Assembly (NCBI GenBank): GCA_964016885.1
Contig: OZ024742.1
Coordinates: 368,156,001-368,220,000 of the forward strand
From: Eledone cirrhosa
Taxonomy: Eukaryota
Direction: 5' to 3'
DNA length: 64,000 bases
Position numbers and translations under genes: made by a program. The notes beneath the pieces are model-generated. The model was not told the DNA's origin, ran no database searches, and was given only the letters and a program-made list of their open reading frames with translations. Numbering within the stretch: position 1 is the stretch's first letter; every line of letters begins with the position of its first letter. Below, in pieces: positions 56,433 through 64,000 of the stretch.

Positions 56433-56516
56433 GAAAAATTGAACAGGGACAGAACAGAGAGGCAATACAATAAATGTTTATTAAATTCACGCTCAGGAGA
56501 GTGGGGGGTAGGTGGG

Positions 56517-56552
56517 TGACGACGTTTCGGGCATAAGCCCTTCTTCAGGTGA
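56517..56552 (-). ncRNA. Minimal hammerhead ribozyme (Penelope type)
   Basis: Minus strand: tcac-CTGAAGA-a-gggc(ttat)gccc-GAAA-CG-TC-gtca. The ACGT palindrome replaces stem III, as in dimer-dependent PLE HHRs. Stem I is weak. Confidence 0.75.
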
Positions 56553-57893
56553 GAAGTGTGTGGAAACAGAGTTCAAAAGGTGTGTAGGGGAGTGGTGGAG
56601 AGACATATAGCGAAAGGAAACGGTGCGAATGAAAAATTAACAAATAAAGACAAAAAATATAATAAATAAAAATAAAGCATGATCAAAACACAAGGAATGA
56701 GAAAATTTAAAAATAAAGGCATGATCAAAATAAACTGAAATTAAAAGGGGGGTAAACAGGTGGTGGAAGGGTGTGGGGTGAGTAGGGGTGGTGGCGGATG
56801 GAGTGGGGAGAGGGAGACGGGGTGTCCGAGCGGGGAGGGCTGAAGGTAGTGTGTGTGGTTAGGTGTGCGTGTGTGTGTGTGTGTGTGTATGTGAAAGTGA
56901 GGGTTGGGGGAAGAACGGAGTTGCATGTTCAGGAAGGTGTGTGTGGGGGTGTTTTTGTGGGTCGGAGTGTCTGTGCATGTGTGGATAGGGGGTGTGGGGA
57001 GAGGAATCAGGAGGCTGAGGGTGTAAATATGTGGTGGGAAGCACGTGTGTGTGGTTTAAGCGTGTTGTGGGTGTGGGTGGCGTGTGGATAAAAAATTCTT
57101 TTTGGGGTGTGTGTGTGGGTGAGTTATATAGGTGATGGTGTAAGAGGATGGTTGAAAAGTTGGTAAGTTCCACGGATGTTTGGAAATTTGGTTAGAAGTC
57201 AATTTCGCGTGTGGGTAATCCAAGAAGCGGTGGTCGGAAGAGGAGAGATGTGGGGTGCGCGCGCAACAGGAAGTGGTCAGCAGTGGGAGTGCTGTGGTCA
57301 GTTGGTGCTGAGAGGTGGTGGGAAGGGTATAGCAGCAGTCGGTGGAATGGTAGGGAGGCGAGGATGGGTAGGTGTGAGAGTTGGAGTGAGGAGGGTGTGT
57401 GTGTGTATTAGTAGGGGTGTTAGTGGGATGAGTGAGTGTGGAGCGGGGAGAGAAGGGTGTGTGTGGTTCTATGGAGGGAGTGTGGTGTACTGGTGTGTGT
57501 GTAGTTTGGGTGAAGAGGTGTTAGTGGGTGTTAGTATACGGGAGGTGGGGAGGGGTGGAATGCAGGTGTGAGTGGGGGTTAGTGGTGGTAGGGTGTGTAG
57601 AGTTGGTGGTGTACGAGGGTGTGTGGGTACGTGTGCGTGGGGTTGGGGGTGTTAGTGATGTTAGTTGCGTGTGGGGTGGGTGGTGTAAGTTGGTGCGTAT
57701 GTGCGTGTGATAAGGAGGGGGAGGAGGATAAGAGGGGAGGGAAGGGATGTTAGTAAGTTAGTTGGGGAAGGGTGGTCAGATGAGGGGTGGAGTAGAGGTG
57801 TTAGTATTGTTAGTGTGGGGTGGGCGGTGGAAAGGAGGGGTGTGTTAGTGGTGTTAGTGGGGGATAAGTGTGGGGGGAGGGGGCGGTCGAACG

Positions 57894-58192
57894 CTAAAGG
57901 AATAAGGGTGGGGAGTTCAGGCCGGGGGGAGTGTGGGTCTGTAAGATGAAGATAGTGCGTTGTTCGACCGTAAGGCGATGGGCGGGTGTTCCGTGGCACT
58001 GGAGTAGGCCACAGACTGTGAGATGGCGTGCGGAGTGTCCAGGGCCACCAAAGTGGCGGGCGATGGGGGAACTGCCCCCGAGACGAATATCCCGGAGGTG
58101 CTCCGTGACTCGGTCCGCCAGGCGACGTCCCGTCTGTCCGACATAAGTCGCGCTGCACTCCGTGCAACGAAGTCCGTAGACTATTTCCTTCG

Positions 58193-58193
<1 letters not shown>
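57894..58193 (-). pseudogene. PLE GIY-YIG endonuclease domain (RT lost by 5' truncation)
   Basis: IVYGLRCTECSATYVGQTGRRLADRVTEHLRDI...PIARHF...H...EQRTIFILQT..P.GLN: GIY/YIG equivalents, CxxC...H...H, catalytic R, E and GLN. The N-terminal part of the track ORF is translated microsatellite. Confidence 0.9.

Positions 58194-58232
<39 letters not shown>
58194..58232. repeat. (TA)n(TG)n compound microsatellite
   Basis: Read directly. Confidence 0.95.
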
Positions 58233-58235
58233 TTC

Positions 58236-58354
58236 TCGCAAGCCCTGATGAATAGACTGGTTATAACAAAGTATTGGTGATCTATTGACGCAAAAACGAG
58301 CGGGTAGCGATCTCTAGACCTACCAGTTCGGAGAAACAATTGTCAGCAATGTGA
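58236..58354 (+). ncRNA. Probable (possibly decayed) hammerhead ribozyme with an 81-nt stem II region
   Basis: tcgcaagcc-CTGATGA(58245)-atagactggt...accagttcgga-GAAA(58333)-caattg-TC-agcaatgtga, then AATAAA. GAAACAATTGTC is identical to the HHR at 61006. The first stem I pair is a C.A mismatch. Confidence 0.5.
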
Positions 58355-58573
58355 ATAAAGCCCTTATTGTATAGCAAACCGTGTCACTCTTCTTTCTTGA
58401 TTTATTATTACTCCAAGTGTAAACTACATAGAAATCACCGACTACTCGCAGCATCACTATGGAAACGTCTTGTTGAGTCAAACTTAGCCAAGCGTTAATA
58501 CTATCCACTACTCGGAGTACCCTAACTGGACTACATCTAAGTGAACTACCTATAACAATAATTTGTCATCCCG

Positions 58574-58594
<21 letters not shown>

Positions 58595-58607
<13 letters not shown>

Positions 58608-58704
58608 AGTGGTTACACAACAGTTAGTTCACCATACCGAGAACAATTGGGTTTGTTCTCGGTAAGGTGAACTAACTGTTGTGTAACCACTTCTCTCTCT
58701 CTCT
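58595..58704. repeat. Inverted repeat, 52-bp arms, 1 mismatch, 6-nt loop
   Basis: (AG)nAAGTGGTTACACAACAGTTAGTTCACCATACCGAGAACAA-ttgggt-TTGTTCTCGGTAAGGTGAACTAACTGTTGTGTAACCACTT(CT)n. Confidence 0.95.
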
Positions 58705-58949
58705 GTTGTGTAACCACTTCTCTCTCACCTTAGCGAATCCTCAGCTCGTAATGGGCATGGTTATACGGAATAGGAAGGACAACCGTACGAACGCTTATGC
58801 GCAGAAACGAACACTTCACACAGGCAATACTAAAATGCGTGCGAGAGGTGTAAGGGAGATAACTGCGAAAGTCCGAAAAGTTTCTAGTTGATAAGGAAAT
58901 TAGGGTGTTGTTGTAATTCAATCCGGAGCTTTGTAGTTACGTAAGAGAT

Positions 58950-59970
58950 CGGATCAATGGCAGTCTGTCATCGGGGTGTGTATAGGCAGCGGCGTTCCCC
59001 AGCGCTCTGTGTTGGGCCCAATTCTCTTCCTTCTATACAGCAACGACATGTCGGACCTGATTGGTGGAATCGTGCTTCTATTTGCAGATGATGTGAAAAT
59101 GGTAGCCCGTAGGAACGAGATCGACAATCTCATGTCCAGCCTCCAGCGCGCCTGGAGTTGGTCCATTGACTGGGATTTATACCTCAATGTCGATAAGTGT
59201 TGTCATATGGAAGTGGATACACCTTATAACTCAGCTCTTACCTTCAACGGTGGCACTGCTCCTTTGAAGGAGGCTGAGGAGACTAAAGATCTTGGTCTGC
59301 TGGTCGACTCGTCCTTCAAATCATCAAAACATTGCATTCAAGCCGCAAACAAGGCAAGGAACTCTCTTTTTCTTATTCGACGCTCCTTTGCCAAACTCAT
59401 TCCAGAAATGTTCAGGTCTCTCTATGTCGCCCTCGTGAGACCGCACTTAGAATATGAGGTCCAAGCATCAAACACATATCTCATCCGGGATATCTATCAC
59501 TTGGAGAGAGTTCAACGACTAGCGACTCGAATGGTACAGGGTCTTCATGAGCTGCCCTACGAAAACCGGCTGCAGAAGCTGAACCTCTTCTCCTTGGAGC
59601 GTCGACGGCTAAGAGGCGATCTCATTTCGGCTTACAGTCTCTTCAATGGCCATTACGATCTCCCTCAAGATCTCCTATTCACTTCGGAACTTGAAAGGGG
59701 TCTACGTGGACATGACAAAAAGCTGTTTCACCGCCGCTTTCGCCTGAATAGACGGAAAGCTGCTTTCTCGATCCGCATCTCTGGACCCTGGAATCGGCTT
59801 CCAGAAGAAGTAGTCAACGCGTCAACCACGCAACAATTCAAGGCGAAATTGGACCGGTGTTGGACCACTGTGTTTCGGACTGTGTAAATGTTGCCCCCTC
59901 CCCTCGTTACATGGCATCTGAAGCATCTATGTTTTAATTTCTGGCAAATATATTGAATTAAATTGAAAAA
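58950..59970 (+). mobile_element. 5'-truncated CR1-type LINE
   Basis: RT C-terminal half, a short 3' UTR and a degenerate (TTGAA)n tail near 59952-59967. Homology seems to begin at RINGSLSS (58950), one base out of frame with the ORF. Confidence 0.85.
58976..59887 (+). pseudogene. CR1-type non-LTR reverse transcriptase fragment (303 aa)
   Basis: Motifs SGVPQRSVLGPILFLLY.ND, LFADDVK, LNVDKC, KDLG, LYVALVRPHLEY, LERVQRLATR, SLERRRLRGDLI, LRGH..KL and WNRLP. The conserved G of GVPQG is changed to R. Confidence 0.93.
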
Positions 59971-59989
59971 AATGCTTTTAATTAAGCAT

Positions 59990-61150
59990 ACAGTGTATTA
60001 CCAAATACACTATATATACATTCATATATACATCGCTATTTCAGAGCACTAATTCTAATATATATAATTCTAATATATATATAAACTATCTAGTTATAAT
60101 AAAATAATTTTTAAAATGTGTCTAACTCCCTCCACACAAGTTTAAAAGATAACAATTGTATAACCAATAATATTTTATATACTCTATATAGATTAATTCA
60201 TAACACTACTACAATAATAATAAAACAATCCTTGATTTATCAACAACCTTAATTACTTCCCTTTGTTATTAACCCTCTTTACAACTTCCTGTGTAAACTC
60301 ATAAAATTAGGCAACCTAACGGTTTACCAACAACTTAATAACGGTTAATACAAACCCTAGAAAAGATAATTTGTAGATAAAAAATGCATAAGATAATATA
60401 CCTACAATAACAACATGGCCAATAATTCGGTGGAACAAACACCTATTGACTATAAACGACTCAAAATAATCCCATGGTTAATAGCTGTGAGTTACAAACA
60501 ACATATACACATACATACGAACTACAACACAAAAACACCTAAATGAAAATCACATATCCAACTCTATCACGTGCTTTGCATTACACCTTACATAACAAAT
60601 ACCTACATTATCACCACATGCCTCTCTAACAAATTGCACACTATCTTAAACATTTCTAACAATAATAACATGCTCTAACACCCCCACACAAAATGTTTAT
60701 TTCAACTGCATTATAACTCTTTCCTCATACATGCCTTATTGACTGTATTGACTCCTGAAATATACACCACTTTTCCTTGCTTGTAACTTTTTTGCCTGTA
60801 CTTTTTCCTTATACCTCTTACACTTTCAGCCAGTGCTGCCTGTAATTATGTTCTCTCAAACATAACACCTTTAACTCCTGACTCTCAACGTGATCCCTTT
60901 TACACTAAAAACAATTATGTACCCTAAATGTTCTGAATGATTAGGATTTTAGTCACATGTTTCGACATTCCCTATGCTCCGATGAACCCAGACTTCCCTC
61001 TGGAAGAAACAATTGTCGGCAAATAAATGTTCGAAATTAAAATTTTATCGTTTTAACACTTTGTATCTCGGCTCTGTAAAACACCAGAAAATTTGAACTG
61101 AGCTTTTTGTCATACCGGTAACCGGCTAGTACTTAGTACTACCCTACATA
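59990..61150 (+). mobile_element. Probable non-coding PLE 3' tail
   Basis: G-poor, A/C-rich strand ending in an HHR (60975-61021) and AATAAA (61022), shortly before (TA)n. Boundaries are approximate. Confidence 0.5.
60975..61021 (+). ncRNA. Type I hammerhead ribozyme, CCGATGA core variant
   Basis: tgct-CCGATGA-ac-ccaga(cttccc)tctgg-aa-GAAA-caattg-TC-ggca. Stem I is 4 bp, stem II 5 bp, and stem III is the palindrome ACAATTGT. Confidence 0.68.
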
Positions 61151-61195
61151 TTTATAGTTGTATTAAAGATATATAAATATAAATATCCTTATTAT

Positions 61196-61198
<3 letters not shown>

Positions 61199-61258
<60 letters not shown>
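61199..61258. repeat. (TA)n microsatellite
   Basis: Read directly. Confidence 0.97.
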
Positions 61259-61260
<2 letters not shown>

Positions 61261-61345
61261 CAAAAGCAATATTCAATTTGTTGGTAATTCAACAAATATA
61301 ACTGTTTATAACTGATTCAAAGCACTCGACAAGTTTTCTGGAGTA

Positions 61346-61687
61346 TAATATTCAATGATATTAAATAAATGGAAACTATATTTATAAAACCATACTTATT
61401 CTAGTATATATATTTCAAAGGTACCAAAACTTTGGTACGCTCTCATCAAATAAAATACAAAGTTTATTTTATAAATATTGACATAACCAGGAAGAACTTA
61501 ACGGTTCAAGTTTCTCCTAGAAAAACTTGAACCGTTAAGTTCTTCCTGGTTATGTCAATATTTATAAAACAAACTTTGTATTTTATCTGATGAGTGCGTA
61601 CCAAAGTTTGGTACCCTTGAAATATATATAATAGAACAAATATGGTTGTATAAATATAGTTTCGATTTATTTAATATCATTGTATTA
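61346..61687. repeat. Long palindrome (fold-back), ~170-bp arms, centred near 61518
   Basis: ...TGACATAACCAGGAAGAACTTAACGGTTCAAGTTT-ctcctagaa-AAACTTGAACCGTTAAGTTCTTCCTGGTTATGTCA... Complementarity continues with scattered mismatches out to CAATGATATTAAATAAAT / ATTTATTTAATATCATTG. Confidence 0.93.
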
Positions 61688-61975
61688 TTATTTTGCCCGA
61701 GAAAATATCTATGTGTATCATCAAATGTTGTACACACATGGATATTTTTTCAAATTCCAATTGAGTTCTAGCACGTGGCTTGAATTCCTTTTAGAATTCA
61801 TTGTCCTGCGCATGTATTTTTTTTTTTTGCGGTAATATACTTCCTCATGTTTGAATCAGTTTGAGAATTTCTTTAGAGCTGCTGAAGTAGCAACCTAACA
61901 GATACCTCAGGCACTGATGGTGATTATCGCTAAATACTGATGTTGATTTGATTATCAATATTAGTATTATTGGGC

Positions 61976-62103
61976 TCCCACTGATGAATTATAAGAGCCC
62001 ACTTGAATATTATCTGTTGATCCTATACAAGCTCCTTCATAAATTGATATAATTTCACCCAAATTGTAGGAATCTTATAATGAAACGAGACGTCCGTCTG
62101 GGA
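61976..62103 (+). ncRNA. Type I hammerhead ribozyme with a 94-nt stem II region
   Basis: tccca-CTGATGA-attataaga(76 nt)tcttataat-GAAA-cg(agacgtc)cg-TC-tggga. Core is perfect, stem I is 5 bp, the base of stem II is a perfect 9 bp, and the cleavage triplet is GUC. Confidence 0.78.
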
Positions 62104-62269
62104 AGAGATATATTCGATATGTCTCATATGAAATAATACAGCCAATTTTCCACACAATACATTTAGTTAGCACCCCGAACGTTTAATTAGGAATATACTC
62201 ACTTATTTCCTAATGTTTCTTGAGTGAGTTGGAATTTGGCCGGCGTATCGCTAAAAGCTTTCTCCGATA

Positions 62270-62272
<3 letters not shown>

Positions 62273-62322
<50 letters not shown>
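62273..62322. repeat. (TA)n microsatellite between two converging HHR-bearing tails
   Basis: Read directly. Confidence 0.97.
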
Positions 62323-62325
<3 letters not shown>

Positions 62326-62489
62326 CAATATGTTGAAAAGGTAACACATAAGAGAGAGAGAGATAGTGCGCTATCAATCAAACAGGGAAAATCCACCGTA
62401 TATGGAATTTATAACCCATGGAAGGCAGAGTAGACGATAATTAAAAGTATAAATTAAAGTGTAAATACATACCTCGATAACTATCTAAC

Positions 62490-62571
62490 ACACACGTACA
62501 AATCCAAAGAGATCTGTTTCGCCAATAAGTTGTAGACAGACATGAATAATCCATGGTTCGTCAGCGTATGT
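62490..62571 (-). ncRNA. Full three-stem type I hammerhead ribozyme
   Basis: Minus strand: acatacg-CTGACGA-a-cca...tgg-c-GAAA-cagatct(cttt)ggatttg-TA-cgtgtgt. Stem I is 7 bp, stem III 7 bp with G-U pairs, and the cleavage triplet is GUA. Confidence 0.8.
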
Positions 62572-62677
62572 AAGGCTTTTCAGGCAACTCTAAGAGAATC
62601 GAAAGCGACCGTCCCGCCACACGTTGGAGAGAGAAGTCACAACGTGACTAGGACAGTAACCAATGGCCTCTGAGGAC

Positions 62678-64000
62678 CACACACTGACACACACTGACAC
62701 ACATTGACACACACTGACACACACACTGACACACACTGACACACACACTGACACTGACACTGGCACACACTGACACACACTAACACACAGACTGAGATAC
62801 ACTGACACACACACAGACACACACTTACACACACTGACACACACGCTGACACACACTGACACACATTGACACACACTGACACACACACTGACACACACTG
62901 ACACACACACTGACACAGACACTGGCACACACTGACACACACTAACACACAGACTGACATACACTGACACACACACAGACACACACTTAAACACACTGAC
63001 ACACACGCTGACACACACTGACACACACTGACACACTGACACACACACTGACACATACACTGGCACACACTGACACACACTAACACACAGACTGAGATAC
63101 ACTGACAAACACACAGACACACACTGACACACACTGACACACACTGACACACACACTGGCACACACTGACACACACACACTGACACACACTAACACACAG
63201 ACTGAGATACACTGACACACACACAGACACACACTGACACACACTGAAACACACGCTGACACACACTGACACACACTGACATACACACTGACACACACTG
63301 ACACACACTGACACACACACTGACACAGACACTGGCACACACTGACACACACTAACACACAGACTGAGATACACTGACAAACACACTGGCACACACTGAC
63401 GCACACACTGAAACACACTGACATACACTGACACACACACTGACACACACTGACACACACTGACACACACACTGACACACACTGACATACACTGACACAC
63501 ACACTGACACACACGGACACACACTGACACACACACTGACACACACTGACACACACTGACACACACACTGACACACACTGACACACACTGACACACACAC
63601 TGACAAACACACTGACACACACTGACACACACACTGACACACACTGACACACACTGACACACACACTGACACACACTGACATACACTGACACACACACTG
63701 ACACACACTGACACACACTGACACCCACTGACACACACTGACACCCAGTGACACACACTGACACACACTAACACACACACTGACACACACTGACACACAC
63801 TGACACACACTGACACACACAGACACACACTGGCACACACAGTGGCACACACACTGTCACACACTGACACATAATGACATACACTGACACACACACTGAC
63901 ACACACACTGACACATACACTGACACACACTGACACACACTGACATACACTGACACACACTGACACACACTGACACACACTGACGCACACACTGACACAC
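62678..64000. repeat. Satellite of variable 8/10/12-bp units CTGA(CA)n; continues beyond the window
   Basis: Read directly. A recurring marker block (CTGGCACACACTGACACACACTAACACACAGACTGAGATAC) indicates a higher-order period of ~150 bp. Confidence 0.97.

Larger units (their letters stand above)
56431..58193 (-). mobile_element. 5'-truncated PLE (Neptune-like): GIY-YIG domain, ~1.45 kb C/A-rich 3' tail, HHR and polyA signal
   Basis: GIY-YIG at 57894-58193, HHR at 56517-56552 and AATAAA on the minus strand at 56477-56482. (TA)n lies on both sides. Confidence 0.85.

Noticed and set aside
50670-57949. Short ORFs rich in YI, HT, CV or G/V/W
   Set aside because: They derive from microsatellites, the 37-bp minisatellite and skewed PLE tails; none except 54463-54777 has a recognisable domain.
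61960-62210. Possible host exon on the minus strand (short open frame DSYNLGEII..., GTGAGT near 62200)
   Set aside because: The frame is short with no recognisable homology, and the region is better explained by the + strand hammerhead.
62590-63998. Long Cys/Val/Ser/Gln-rich ORFs up to 375 aa
   Set aside because: They are stop-free translations of the TCAG(TG)n satellite, open in several frames.

Overview
Repeat-dominated animal genomic DNA with no host gene. The SINE and Penelope content resembles coleoid cephalopods such as Octopus; this is from recognition, not a search. Bases 1-50691 are one highly homogeneous tandem satellite of two monomers, 25 bp (TGTCAGTGAGTGGTTTACTATGTTG) and 29 bp (TGTCAGTGAGAGAGTGGTTTACTATGTTG), roughly 1,900 units in nested multi-kb duplications; all ORFs there are artefacts. 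Bases ~50.7-62.7 kb are a dense retroelement island. It holds several 5'-truncated Penelope-like element (PLE) tails abutting (TA)n tracts, two with GIY-YIG remnants. Seven type I hammerhead ribozyme (HHR) motifs can be folded by eye, including CCGANGA core variants and forms with 81-94 nt stem II inserts. It also holds a non-autonomous Helitron with an internal duplication and 37-bp minisatellite, a CR1-type LINE RT fragment, tRNA-derived SINEs, a mariner-type MITE and two long hairpins. From ~62.68 kb a second satellite begins, sharing the core TGTGTCAGTG with the large array but in opposite orientation. Each satellite lies upstream of an HHR-bearing tail on its own GT-rich strand.
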